Of a stretch of 64,000 bases of DNA, positions 13,080 to 26,425 are shown piece by piece (position 1 is the first letter of the stretch; every line of letters starts with the position of its first letter). A program made the position numbers and the translations under genes. The notes below the pieces were generated by a model that saw nothing but the letters and a program-made list of their open reading frames with translations, was not told the DNA's origin and did not search any database. The stretch lies in assembly GCF_036971445.1 (NCBI RefSeq), contig NC_091476.1, positions 47,616,001 through 47,680,000 of the forward strand, read 5' to 3'. The stretch comes from Narcine bancroftii. Its lineage: Eukaryota.

Positions 13080-14830
13080 AGTAGGACCAACCTACAAGTC
13101 AGGACAACCTTCATCCCAAACAACATAAATGGGTTGCAACATGCAGAGCTCAGCGATCGGCAACTAATGGATCAGATCTAAGCACTGCCACCCTACTAAA
13201 TCCACTTGCGAACAGTGGTGGATAGTTAAATTATATGAGTCACTGGGGGAGTAGACTCCATCAATATCCCCATTCTCAATGTGGGGGGGGGGGGGCCAGC
13301 ACATCAGTGCAAGTGTGAAGGAGAAAGTCCAGCTTGAAATCAGAGGGGATCTACCTCAGAACCCAGCATGACAAATGCCAGACTTCAACCAGTTCAATTC
13401 ACTCCACAAGATATCAAGAAACGGTTGGGCATTGGATATGGCGTAGGCCATATCCAATTTGCTTTTGCCAAAGACATATTCCAGAAGACTTGTGCTCCAG
13501 ACTGAAGACATGCTCCAGAACTTGCCATGCCCTTAGCTATGCTGTCCAAGTTCTCTTCGAGTACAGCTATAACCCAGGCATCTACCCATCAACATGCATA
13601 TGGATGTCCTCCCCACAAGAAGCAGGACAAATCCAATCCAGCAAATTACCACTCCATCAATCTGCTCTCCATCATCAGCAAAGTGATGGAATGGATAATG
13701 CTGTCAAGTGGATTTGTATGGAAACAATCTGGTTACAGAAGCTTTTCATGGGTTCCACCAAAGCTATTCAGCTCTTAAACTTATTACAGCTTCAGTCCAA
13801 GCATGGATAAAGAAGATGAACTCCACAGAGTTGAAGTGAGACCAACGAGACTGGGCATCAAGGCAGCATTTGATGGAGTCTGGCGCCAAGGAGTCTGGGC
13901 AAAACTGGAGTCAATGGAGTCATGTGGAGACTCTCCGCTGGTTGGAATGACCTCATACACAAAGCAAGACGGTTGTGGTAGTTGGAAGTCCAATCATTTC
14001 AGCCATAGGGTATCTCTGGAGGAGTTCCTCAGGGCAACATTCTCGGTCCAACTATCTCTAGCTGTTCATTGATGAGCTTTATTTGGGTCAGAAGTTGGGT
14101 TTTTTTGTTGATGATTGCACAATGTTCAGCACCATTCGCAATTCCCCCAATAATGAAGAAGTCCACAACCAAATGTAGCAAGACCCGGACAGTATCCAGG
14201 CCTATGCTGAAGGGTAACAAGTATCATTCAGCTGCATAAGTGCCACCAATGAAGATATCCAACAAGAAAAATACCCAGCTCTCACCCCCGACATTCAATG
14301 GCTTCTCTGAATCACCCACTATCAATAGCCTGGGGGATTGCCATTGACCAGAAAATGGAGAACCCATGTACACAATCTGGTCACAAGAGGTGATCATAGA
14401 CTGTGATTCGTGAATAATGCACTTCCTAACTCCCCAAAGCCTTTCTGCCATCTACAAAGCCCGGAGTGTGGTGGAACACTATGCACATATGAGGAGTCCA
14501 AGTAGCTGGACATCATGCAGGGCACGACAGCCCACTAGATAAACACTGCATCCACAATCACTTCCTCACCCCACCACAGTTTGCACCATCTACAAGAGGC
14601 ACTGCTGTGACTTGCCAAGAGTCCTGAGACAGCACCTTCCAAAGTTATCACCTCTGCCAACGAAAAGGGCAATGGCAGCAACAGCAAGGGGAACACCACC
14701 ATCTGGCTGAACATCACACTGACGTGGAAATATATCCCCACTCCTTCATCGTCAGTGGGTCAAAATGCTGGACCTCCCTCCAGTATTTGGGGGTATAGCC
14801 ACGGTTCAACAAGGCAACTCTTTTCACCAC
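13080..14830 (+). mobile_element. CR1/L2-group LINE, decayed RT and 3' end
   Basis: HKKQDKSNPANYHSINLLSIISKVME, LGIKAAFDGVWRQG, GVPQGNILGPT and (F)VDDC remnants. Its 3' part resembles 37300-37960. Confidence 0.75.
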
Positions 14831-15599
14831 CAGGCACAAATGGAAACAAATCTAAGCTAAACTTATAATTTGCCATTCTTTAAATGCAGAAATTCTCATC
14901 ACAGATCGTGATGGTAATTTATTGCCCAGTGCTTGCTAGAGGCTAAAAACTCAGTTTGGTGAAATTCTCCCTGGGTTGTGAAGTTGGACATTCCAACATT
15001 CCACTTGAGCTCACAATTTACTAGTAAAAAGAAAAGGATGTAAGTGAATATTCTTTGGACAAAATGGAGAATTGTTCAGGAATAAAATTTCTGACCTTGA
15101 AGTAAATTTGAATTAGTTGGCATATGCCTTCTTTACCTGGAATTTGAATTGAGTCTTTTGACTGCCTTAGAAATTAACTTGTGGGCAATTGAACTCTGGA
15201 GTAACAGTACATGAGCAAACAATACAAAATAAATCACTGACTTGTTTTTGTTTCATTGGAGACAGACTGAGATAAAATTGATCAAGTTAACCCTTGTGTT
15301 GGAATTCTGATGAACACACTGAATGTTGGCCACCAATAATAATTCTGAAGGTATATTCAATTCTTCATTCAGAGAGTATCAGATTACACAGGAAATGTGG
15401 AACAAAAATGAAAGTTTTAATAATTTTGGCTGTGAGATTCCACAGATTTTATTATTGCTTTTGAACATTTAGCAATCATCAAGGTTCATGCTGCACACCC
15501 GTCAGTGAGTCATGCAAGAATTATTGAGACACGTTTCAGACCCTACCAAAAACCATCATACCATCTGAGACCCCTCCCCCTCCCACCATCAGGGACCCT

Positions 15600-16144
15600 G
15601 CCAAAAACTGAGCCCTTCAAGGTATGAGCAAAAAGTAGACAGGCACCTGAATAAAAAGGTGCAGGAAGGGGCAGGGGAAGGAACACAAGGCTAACAGGTA
15701 TCAGTGGTAGGGGGATATGGATGGGAGGGTAGAAAAGAAAAAAGCTGAGAAGTGATGGGGTAAGTGTAGCTTTGTGAATGTAGAGTGAAGGGAAGGAGCA
15801 GGGAACTGGAGAAAACGAGACTTGCGGGAGGGGTCTAATAGAAGATGGAAAAGTCTGTGCTAATGTTGTCTGGTTGAAGAGTGCCCTAATTGAATATTAG
15901 GTGTTGCTCCTCCAATTTGTGGGTAGCCTCGGTTTGGCAGCAGATGAGGCCATGGATAGACATGTCATTATGGGAATGGTGTGTGGAACTAAAATGGTTA
16001 GCCACTGGAAGATCCCTCTTTTTACAGCAGATAGACCAAAGGTGCTCAATGAAGTGATCTTCCAGTCTGCGTCGAATCTTTTCCATGTCACAACAGGAGC
16101 ATTGGGTTCAGTAGATGACCCCTGCAGGTTCACAAATCAAGTGT
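15600..16144 (-). mobile_element. Penelope-like element, GIY-YIG C-terminus and tail
   Basis: RRLEDHFIEHLWSI..DLPVANHFSSTHHS..HGLICCQTEATHKLEEQHLIF. Confidence 0.85.
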
Positions 16145-18330
16145 TGTGATGCACCATCATAATCACAAAAGGCTGAAGTTATGAAGCTATCAGGCTTTTA
16201 TCAACTAAAGAATGGAACAATTGTCTACCTCATTGACTGATCGAAGCAAAGTGAAAAGGGGAGCTTGCAAGGGGCTATGGGTAGGATTGATGTCAGGATG
16301 CTTGTCCAGCCAGCAGCAGCTATTCATGGCATAAGAGTGGTTTACCACATTCACCCCTCTTTTTTAAGAAGAGTCCTGCGGGGTAAGAAAAGAGAGGAGG
16401 TGAAACAACTATTCATATATACATTTTACAGGTTAAGTCAATCAGGGGGTCTCCTCTTCAAACAGCCAGTGAAGTGGCAATGGCTGGGGTGTTGCTGTAG
16501 TGTCCTGAGTAGCTTGTGGGGTTGGCCTGTAAATAGTTTGTCAAGGGGTGGGGACAGGGGGGTAGTAAAGGAGTGTGGTGCTGATGCTGGTACATCATTG
16601 GTGACAACAGTGGCCAGGGGTTCAGGAACCCCCAAGAATGAAGTTAGGGGGGGGGAAGTGTCTGTTGAAAGTCAATGGTGGACGGGAAGGTGCCCGATGG
16701 TGCCAGGTCTCGGATCGAGCCCAGGTCTTCACACCCATCAGTGAAGGCAACGCAGACATACTAGGGGTTTGAGGGGATGAGGCGGATCATCTTGACCAGA
16801 GGGTCAGTCTTAGATTCCCTGACTTGCTTCTGGAGTAGGACAAATCCTGAGGAGATAAGCCAGATGGGCAGTATAGTCCCTGTCGCAGACTTCTCAGGGA
16901 AAGCAAACATCTGTTCATGAGGCGCGTTGTTGGTGGCCGGACATAAATGACCGGAAGGAGTGGAGTGTGTCTGGGAGGACTTTTTGCCAATGGGAGCTGG
17001 GGAGACCCCATGACCTCAGACCCAGGAAGTTGGTCTTCCAGACTGTGGCTTTCTCCCTTTCCACTTGCTGGTTACCCTTAGGGTTGTAGCTGGTGGTCCT
17101 GCTCGTGGCGATGCCGCACTTCATCACTCATGAATGATGTCCCCCAGTCACTGTGGATGAAGCCAAAGGTACTCAAAGAGTGTGAAAATATCATGGAGGG
17201 CTTTGATAATGATGGCCATGGTCATATCTGGGCATGGAATGGTGAAAGGAAAATGGGAGTATTTGTCAATGACTGTAAGGAAGTAGACATTCTGGTTGGA
17301 GAAGGGGAGGGTTCCCTTGAAATCAATGCTTAGGTGCTCAAAGGGGCAGGTGGCTTTGATCAGGTGTCCCATGTCCAGTTGGTAGAATTGAGGTTTGAAT
17401 TCAGTGCAGACCTAGCTGTTTTCAGTCATTATCTGGACTTCTTCAATGGAGTATGGTAGATTCTGATATTTGATAAAATGGAAAAACCTAGTTACTCTGG
17501 CATGGCAAAGGTAATTGTGAAGAGTCTTCAGTCTATCCATTTGAACACTGGCACAGGTTCCTCGGGATAGAGCGTCTGGGGGCTTGTTAAGTTTAAGGGG
17601 GCAGTAGAGGATGTCCTTTAAGGGGACAGTAGAGGATGTCATTCTTGATTTTGCCCCTTTGCTTATTATTAAACATGAATGCGACTGTTCAATGATCTGT
17701 GTAGACAGTGAACTGTTTCCTTGTGCGGTGGTGCTTCCAATGGTGTACTGCCTCTATGCTGGCCTTCTCAACAGAGGAGCGGCAAATTTCAGGGCCTTGA
17801 AGAGTGCATGAGAAAAAGGCGACAGGTCTTCCCACTTGATCCTTGTTATAAGTTAGGTTCATGCATTTTGCTGCCCGGCAGAGTTTATGGAGGTTCACAT
17901 CAGGGTCCTGCAGGTCATGGCCACAGATAGTTACATTATATAGGTATGGGAAAGTGGCCTTCAGATTGTAGCAATCCACCATGTGGTCCATCTCCTGCTG
18001 GAAGACGTAAACCTCATTTGTGACACCGTAAGGGACCTGGAGGAAGTGGTAGAGGCGGCTATCTGCCTCAAATGCCATATACTGGTGGTCCTCTGGGTGG
18101 ATCGGGAGCTGATGATATGCCGATTCAGGTCAATGTTGGAGAATATCTGATATTGTGCAATTTGGTTGACCATATCAGACATGCAGGGAAAGGGGTAAGC
18201 ATCAACCTGTGTATACCGAGAATGTACTGGGGATGTAGGTTAATTGGGCAGCGTGTACTCGTGGCCAGAAATGCCCTGTTACTTTGCTGTATGTCTAAAT
18301 TAAAAATTAAATGATTGGCCATGAGAGTTG
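16145..18330 (-). mobile_element. Gypsy LTR retrotransposon, decayed (RT, RNase H, integrase, PPT, 3' LTR at 16145-16349)
   Basis: YHFLQVPYGVTN..FQQEMD..FPYLYNVT (RT), KQFTVYTD (RNase H), PFEHLSIDFKG..VIDKYS and TTSYNPKGNQQVER (integrase). Polypurine tract followed by a TGTGG...CA LTR. Confidence 0.9.
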
Positions 18331-19509
18331 AGGGGGAGGTCAAAGTTTGAGGTGGGGCATTGGGCAGGTCAGAGAGGGAGCTGGAGGGCTGGGTAGGACA
18401 GAGGGGAAGGTAGAGGGTTGGGGGACCTGAGTGAAGTTGGGGGAAGATGAGTAGTTCAGCAACATAGGGAATTGGGGAGAAAGGGGGAGCTCAAAGGAAT
18501 ATATTAGAGTTGAGGATTATGGAGATGTGAGGGTGAATAGGAAAGGGTAAGTAGAGGTGGGGTGGGGGAGGAGAATGATGGGGAAACCATTGTATACAGA
18601 AGCAGAGACATCCAAGATCTCAGCCTGGAGAAGGTTGAGGTCAGGATGGGAACTGGTGATGGAGTCAACGTGGAGACCGGAATGGGAGTGGTTGCATCGG
18701 AAGTGGTGGTCTGGGGGAGTCGGAAGCATTGTGGGTTCCAGCCTGAGCATGGCCAGGGGTATGATGAAATTTATGGATGTCATTAGTTTGGGGGTATGGA
18801 TAAATGCTCTAGGTAGAGTTAAGGGACGGCAAGAAGGGTAAGAGTGGACCAATCATGAGAGCAACTGAGCAAAGGCTGATTCTCCATCCAAGACATTCAC
18901 GACCAAGAAATCAGCAAACACCACGATCTTCCACCTGAAGCATAATCCACAGACAAACAACAATCTTCAAAGGATCAAATGTTCCTTTTATTCTTTTTCT
19001 TTGTTAGGGGTGCCGGGCAATGTTCAAGGCAACTCTTTGTTTGCGTTATGGCAGACAAAAGTTGAAGTATGTCATGTATCTCATGTTGTTAAAAGTATTA
19101 TTATGTGATAATAAAAAGGAATAATTACCAAAAGCAACCCATCTTGGTTTGCAGCACAGGTGCCACCACCTTGGGCACCATCTTCTATTTGGAAGCCACT
19201 AAAGGCAACAGCTTCTAGACCCTAACACGTTTCATTGCCAACTCACTATTTCATTACATGCATGCTCTCTGCTCAACTTTGCTCAACATAGGCTGCTCAA
19301 TGGTGAATCACATGCTGAACAGCTCCCCCTTAACCAAGGGAGAAGCCTGCGAATAATTATCAGCAGAGAACATGCTAGCATATCACGTTTCCCCTCTCTG
19401 AGGAGCGAAGGTACTAAATAATTAGCGGATGACTGTCAAAAGAGTAGATGGCAACTGATGAATTAATACCAGACTACAAAATGAAAATACAAGTGTACAT
19501 TCAGTGTGC

Positions 19510-19690
19510 CTCAAAGCATTTCACAATGAAGTATGTTTAAACTATAGAAATGAAGCAATGTAGTAAATAGCAAAAGGCTGATGAGCATTGATGTGCTAGT
19601 CACCAGATAATTTATTTTTGTAATTTTGATTGTGGGATAAATATTGGCTGGAACACAAAGATAACCTTTCCTGTTCTTTGAAGTACCGGT
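19510..19690 (-). mobile_element. Ancient Deu-SINE (SacSINE1/AmnSINE1-like) relic
   Basis: caaagcatttcacaatgaagta...accagataatt..ttgattgtgggataaatattggc..gaacac resembles the reverse complement of the Deu domain and 3' part, judged from my recollection of the consensus. Confidence 0.55.
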
Positions 19691-20284
19691 AAGTAGGCTT
19701 GATCTGAGTTATTAAATAAGAAAGTCTTGATAAAACTTTACAACTGCTGAAGAATTATGCAAAATTTTGTGTGACGGGGCGCACGTTAAAACGGCTGCCA
19801 AGGTCTCGGGGAAAGAACTGAAGAGCTTGACCAATATGTTAACAAAGTCAAGGGCCTTTGTCATTTGGAGAGATTACACAGCTGTGATTGTTTTCTTCAT
19901 GGCAAAAAAGGTTGACTGGCCTTGAAAGAACAAGAAAGATGGTTGGTGGGGGGGGGGGGGGGGGGGTGGAACTGTTGGCTCGCATATTTACATTTGCAAC
20001 CAGAGGTAATTAGCAAAAGGTCTGGAAATGAGCAACCATTTTTCCACAACGATAAATGTTATAAATTGAACCTCATTGCCTGAGGGAATGGTGCAGAAAA
20101 AATTCCAGAGGAAGCTTTGCACAGAAATTTGACTTGTACTTCAATGCGATTAACTTGCAAGTTAATGAGAAAAGCTGGAGTTGTGTGGCTAAATTGAATA
20201 AGTTATTCAACAGAGTTGACAGAAGAGGTGAGGAATATTCATTTTGGAAATATAAATTGCTGTTTCCTTCTTAAATGAAAATAA

Positions 20285-20510
20285 ATTTATTTACAATGCA
20301 GGAGAATCCAAATGTGTCCCCTTGAAACCCATGCTGCCCAATTCCACCCAATTAACCTACCAGCCCCATACGTGGAACCAGAGCACCCGGGGAAAACACA
20401 TACAGGTCACAGGGAAAACATACAAATACCTCACCGACAGTGGGTGATTCAAACCCGGGTCACTGGCGCTGCAATAGTGTTATTCCAACTGCTACGCTCA
20501 CTCTGCTGCC
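20285..20510 (-). mobile_element. V-SINE (HE1-like)
   Basis: Reverse complement of the tRNA-head and V-domain SINE seen at 50098-50345. Confidence 0.7.
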
Positions 20511-20734
20511 TGTTCTTTTTAATGGCTTTTAGAAATGTTTATATTTCAAGATTAGATTCTCAGTACCTCACATTAGCAGTAAGCTGATGAAGATCCAGGA
20601 AGAAGACATCAAGGACCAACATGCTCCATCCACAATCTGACCCAAATTCTATTCTTCATCTGAAGATATCTTGAGCTTATTCTCTCAGAGATCAGCAATG
20701 TGATGTTTCTGGATGAGAGAAAAGACCAGCATCT

Positions 20735-21000
20735 ATATAAGTGACTTTTACAACGCTCAGTTTACAAAGCTTTGCAATTGAAGTATTATAATTCTGAAGG
20801 AGACAAACACAACTATACGTTTAGCAAGCCCTCCGATTAAGACAATTGACCATGGAGGTAAGGTCAACCATGCTTGATTTTGAATAGTGCCATCAAATCT
20901 CATACCATCAGATTAAAGTCTCATCAGAAATGCAGGTCTTCTGACAACGCACTCTCCCCTTACTGCTGCACCAAACTGTTATCAACCTGGTCAAAGCACT
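20735..21000 (-). mobile_element. Ancient Deu-SINE relic
   Basis: tgaatagtgccat..aaagtctcatcagaaa..ctgacaacgcactctcccttactgctgcac resembles the Deu domain, judged from my recollection of the consensus. Confidence 0.45.
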
Positions 21001-21779
21001 AACCTCCTCCCCTGCAAATCCAGTGCTGGTCACGTCTGAGTGTGTTAGAATTAGGAAGGAGCTTCTCTTTGGTGACAAGCTTCTGGACACCCTCATCCCA
21101 TTGGGCCAAAAGATATGAATGGATTATCTCAGCTTTCTCAGGTACCCAATTAAAATGAAGCTCTCATTGAATTGCTGCTGATATTAGCATAGAGTCCTGG
21201 TGAAACTGATATTAAGACAAAGGTAATAACCCAAAGAGCTCAGAAGGCACAAGGTGCACAGTATATGATAGAAAATCATCACCCAGAATTCTGAAAACTG
21301 AATATTTGTTACAATTTAACAATGCCCGCACAGGTAACTTTAAAATCAGTTTACCAGTGAAACTTTTATTGAGCCTGATATTAAAGATGGAAAGCTGTCA
21401 ACAGATCAGCCTATATAGTGCTGGGAGGCATTATAAAATATTTTGGATTTCTTTTTCTCTTACACAGATTCTTTGATCCTTTCATAATCACAGCCTACAT
21501 ATTACCTTGTAAGTGTTATCTAATTATCTCCAGACAAATGTAAAGACTTGTTAATATCAACACATTACATTTCAGTGTCTTTATTGAATTTATATGGTAA
21601 AATCCTAATGTTCTGAGTGCTTGGCTACAATTCAGTGAAGAGAAAATTCAAAATCTAGATCAAATTGCTTCACCCATTCAGGGAACTATCTGCAGGTTTT
21701 CCCATTTTAAATGTTAGCCTTTGTAAGAGCATCAGAAGGGGAGTTGCTTCTAAGTCCTTTTGAATTGTTCTTTCATCCC

Positions 21780-22500
21780 AGAACATAGAATATCACAGTA
21801 CAGGTCCTTCAACCCATGATGTTATTCTGATCTATATTTTTAAACCTACTCAACAATCTCCCTCACAGCCATAAGCCTTTCTTTTCTTGCATCCTTGTGC
21901 CTGTCTAAGAATCTTTTAAATGTCCCCAAGGTACCAATCTCCACCACCTCTCTTGGAATAGCATTCCAGGTGTCCACTACTCTGTGTTAAAAAAAAACTT
22001 ACCCCTGATGTCTCCCTTGAACTTTCCTCCTCTCACCTTAAACTGGCATCTTCTGGTATTTGCTATTGTCACCATAGGAATGGCTGCACACCCTGTCTAT
22101 GCCTCTCATAATCTTGTAGACATCTAATAAGTCACCTCTCATCCTTTGTAACTCCAAAGACCAAAAAAAAAGCTCTGTTAACTTGGCTTCACGAGACACA
22201 TTCTCCAATCCAGGCAACATCCTGGTAAATCTCTTCTGCAACCACCTCAAAGCTTTTACATCCTTCCTGTAATGAGGCAACCAGAACAAACAATATTCCA
22301 ACTGTGGTCCATCCAGAGTTTTATAGAGCTGCAAAATGTCCTCATGGCTCTTGAGCTCAATCCCATGACTAATGAAGCCTTCTTATCTATATCAACTTGC
22401 ATGGCAACCTTGAGAGATCTAGGGATTTGGACCCCAAGGTTCCTTTATTCTTGCCCACTGTTAAGAATCTTGCCATTAACCAAATGTTCCCCTACATTCA
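21780..22500 (-). mobile_element. CR1 LINE 3' fragment
   Basis: LQLYKTLDGPQLEYC..WLPHYRKDVKAL..QKRFTRMLPGLE..RMRGDLLDVYKIMRGIDRV. Confidence 0.9.
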
Positions 22501-22639
22501 ACCTTCTGATTATGGCTGGTTACTCCCTCAAGTTTATTTATCTGCCTTTTCTCATTACCCTTTATTACAAAAAAAAATCAGTTTTTATTCTCACAAACCT
22601 ATTGCTTTGGAAAGTGAAGTCTGAGCTGGTCACATTGCA

Positions 22640-22950
22640 GCTCCAGCCTTGTGCATTAAATCGGGCCTCTGTTGCTGTCTGAGTGGTGTTTACACACCCT
22701 CTTGCTGTGACTGCCTGGGTTTCCTCACATCCAGTCCTTCCTGGGTGCTCTGGTTTCCACCAACATTCCCAGAACTTGTGTGGGCAAGTTCATTGCCTAC
22801 CTTGTGCAGATTGATTGCAAAAAGAGTCATGTGTGAGAGGGAATATGTTGAAGGGCGTAGGGAGAGAAGGAGAAGGATATATAATGGGATTGCTTCCCCA
22901 GGAGCTAGTATTGACTCAATGGACTGAAGGGTCACCTTTGTCATTATGTG
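22640..22950 (+). mobile_element. V-SINE, degenerate
   Basis: V-domain-like tgggtttcctc...gggtgctctggtttccacc and a CR1-like tail tggactgaaggg. Confidence 0.55.
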
Positions 22951-24079
22951 CAAAATGTTTGCAACAGATATCGAAAGATGTTGACCCCATTGGTAGCTAT
23001 GAGCACAAAAACAGCAACAAACTGAGATAATGTTTGAAATTTCTCCTCATTTCACTGGAAATGATTACCAGTTTAACTTACATAACCAATGCCTCTGCTA
23101 AACATAATGAGAGACTTAGAAACAATTAGCATTCACAAGCTGTTGTGAATACAAGCTGTATTCTGTTGCCGTTTCAGGCAACTGCACAGGTATCCAATAC
23201 ATAATGAAATATTTGTGGTCGGCAAGATGAATGACAAATCATTCATCTGGCACAAGGTTTCTATGACTGCGGCTATGTGAATCACTTGGCAATCAAAGTG
23301 CACAGTGGTTAACATGGACCTCTTCCAGTAGCTAACTGCATGTATATTGAGAAATGGCTGTCTGACTTTAAAAAGGAACTCTGATTTGATCAAAATCTGG
23401 AAGAAAGGGTCATCCATTCAGTCTGAGATTCTATCACCCAGAGGTTGGTGAATGTTTGATTCAAAGAGGTACATATTCAAGAGAGAGATCTAGATGGTGT
23501 CTAGTGAAAGCATGGCACTGAGGGAAAGGATCAGCTACTTGCCTAATGACTGGCAGAGCAGGCATGAGAGGTTTAAGGACCTACTCCTGGTTTTATTTCG
23601 ATGGCCTTGTTTCTGGAATCATTTGCATGGGGACTTTCATCCTGGGGAAGCATCTACATTGTGTGGAAGGTCACAAACAGCTAAAGCAATGGCAAAGAGG
23701 GAAAAAGTCTTCAACCTGACAGTGTCTACATTGGCTCAAACAGTTTCAATTGGGAAAGGCAGGTTGCCAGTAACATATGGAGATCACTCAATTGGAGCAA
23801 AATGTTCACACATTTCTAAATTTAGGGATTCACAGATTTCCCAGGATTAAAAAAAAAATCTCTCCAATAGAAGCAAAGCAAAAAATCATGGAAGTGAAGA
23901 CTGATTAAAAGATTGTGAATAAATCCTCAGAACATATAGAAGACATTTTCTTTATTGATGATACAGGAAGATTTTGCTGCATTGCTTTCTTTGGGGGTTT
24001 AGTTTCTCCACAAAACCTACTTATTAGATCCCACATCAAAGTGGATAGAACATTGACTGCCTCAGATTGGATGTAATGA

Positions 24080-24615
24080 TGTCAGGGGAGAAGTGGTTGA
24101 TGAGAAGTGAGCATAGAGGGCTGATCAGGGTTGAAGAGAGGAGTGGCAGGAAAGGAGGAATGGTGGAGAAGGAAAGAGTGATGGAGGGGAGGGAGTGGTG
24201 AGGGGGGAGAGTGGTAGGGAAACCTGACAGAAGAGGGAGTGGAGGAGGGAATGATAGGGGAAATAGGAAGGGTTGATAGAGGGGGAGTGGTAGAGAGAGA
24301 AGAATGGTGGAAGGGGAGTGGATTAGAGTGGTAGAGATGGGATAAGTGGTAGAGGGTGAGTGGTGGAGAGGTAATGATAGGGGAGTGATTGAGAAGGGAA
24401 GAGATGGAGATGGGGAAGTGATGGAGAGGGGGAATAATAGTGGTAGAGAGGGGGAGAGTGGTAGAGAATGAGGAGTGGTAGAGAGGGGGAGTGTGGTAGG
24501 GAATGAGGAATGGTAGAGAGGGGGAGAGAGTGATAGAGAGAAGGAGTGGTTGATGGGGGAGTGGTGGAGAGAGGGGACTGGTGGAGAGAGAGGGAGTGAT
24601 GGAAAAGAGGAATTG
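24080..24615. repeat. Purine-rich (GA/GGT) degenerate tandem, low-complexity tract
   Basis: About 530 bp built from variants of gagagggggagtggta, with very few C on the + strand. Confidence 0.85.
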
Positions 24616-24700
24616 TTGAAAACCCCAAAAAAATGACCTTCTGGAATGTACCTAGAGAATGTAGCAGATCATTGAGATCATCAGGGCATGAAAGTGTGCA

Positions 24701-25801
24701 TGTTACAAACTAACCAACCCCCATTAGTCCGAAAACAGGGAGCAGCAAAGGAAGATTTGCCTGTGGTAAATTCAAAATAACAGTTTTTAATTAAACTATT
24801 AACCACATAACAATCCTCACTTAACTCTAAACTTACTTAACTCTAAGTTTAAATGGCACTCTGCATGAATGTAATTGTATAAGTGTGTGTGTGTGTTTGT
24901 TAAAGTCCAAATTATTTCAGTTTAAACACGTCTGAAAAGTTAGATTTAAGGCCCAGTATTTTAAAGTCTCATTGAACTTGAAGGTCTATTAAATTTTAAT
25001 TCAGAAGTGATTATGAAGCATCAAGTTCTTTTAAATTGTTGCTTAAAGCAGTAATGAAGTGTTTGTTAACACTGATTCAGTCCTTAGACTGTTCCAACTC
25101 ATAAATCTTGTTGGGTTGATTTCCAGGAAGAGATTTCTTCTTAATCTCTCACATTGTTTTTTTTACTCTCTCTTAGCTTCTGAAGAGTTCTGAAGCTTCT
25201 TTCCACGATGAGGCTGGCGTCCTTTTGTTTCTTAAAAGAACAGTCGGAAGTGGGTCTCCCTTTCGAAATCCACTTTTTAAAAAATTTCCCCTTTTATTAG
25301 GAGTAACACATAACTGCACCTGTTCCAGTTACTGTAATTCAACCCTTTGTTTCACAAGGGTCTAACAGTGATGTTCCAGATATTGTGATATATTACAGAC
25401 AAGTATCTCCCTCTCTTTCTAGAGATTAATGTTTTACTCCTGTGTGTGCCACAGGGTCTTGTCTGCTCAACTCCTGCAGTCTTTTGATTCAAATGTCTGA
25501 GTTTGACAATGTAGTTCTCCAAATCATGTGACATTTACATCATCAATGAGGTTAGTTCCAATTCTTTAAAATCATGTGACCATTAATGGAATCTTTAATA
25601 GCTGTTAGTAACATTTTCTTGGAAATTATATGATCTTCTGGCTTGTAGACGTCATGACTCCAAAAGATTACATCTCTTCTGAATGTATTATATGGGTGTG
25701 TGTGCAACCCTGTTCCAAACTCACTACATTACTTAAGACATATTTATAAGAACTATAGGTTAACATTAATCTAGTATTAATATTAACACAGATTCATTAC
25801 A
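24701..25801 (-). mobile_element. Solo LTR (1101 bp)
   Basis: Ends TGTTAC...ATTACA (TG..CA), flanked by the 5-bp direct repeat GTGCA at 24696-24700 and 25802-25806. No coding capacity; strand is tentative. Confidence 0.75.
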
Positions 25802-26039
25802 GTGCATGCATTGCACACAGAATGATGGTGCCACGTCAATGGGTCTGAGATAGAAAAGTTTCAGTCAGGAAAGTTGAAGGAATGGACTCAAGCACATGGC
25901 AGGATCTAGAGAAAAGTTGTAGGGGGAGTTTGGATCGGCTGGGATAAGGGCTCAGGCCGTAAATGCCAACTGCCTTTGGCTTTCTATGGATGCTGGGTGA
26001 CCTGCTGAGTTTTTCCAGCATGATTGTGTACTGGATAGG

Positions 26040-26425
26040 CTGGGTCTTGGTTCTCCAGAGCATAGAAAGCTGAGGTGTGGCCTTACAGCATGTTAACAAA
26101 TTGTGCATGGCATGGATAAAGGGAATGCTTGCCATCTTTTCTCCAGGGTTGAGGGCATAGATTTAGGGTGAGATTTAAGAGGGAATCTGAGGGGGTACAT
26201 TTTCACTCAGAGTGTGGTACAGATCTGGAACGAGCAACTAGAGGAAGGTACAGAAGTGGATACAATTACAATGTTCAAAAGATATTTGGAACAAGAATGT
26301 GGATATGAAAGGTATGGAAAAAATATGGACCAAATCCAGGCAAATGGGGCAAGTGCAAAATATCACCGTGGTCAGCATTGACAAGTTGCGCTGAAGGGGC
26401 TCTCTGTGCTGTTTGACTCAATGAT
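26040..26425 (+). mobile_element. CR1 LINE 3' fragment
   Basis: RNLRGYIFTQSVVQIWNEQLEE and a CR1-type tail. Confidence 0.7.

Noticed and set aside
18330-18860. G-rich block with several overlapping ORFs next to the Gypsy element
   Set aside because: Probably part of an older repeat, possibly the interrupted Penelope element, but there is no diagnostic motif, so it is left unassigned.
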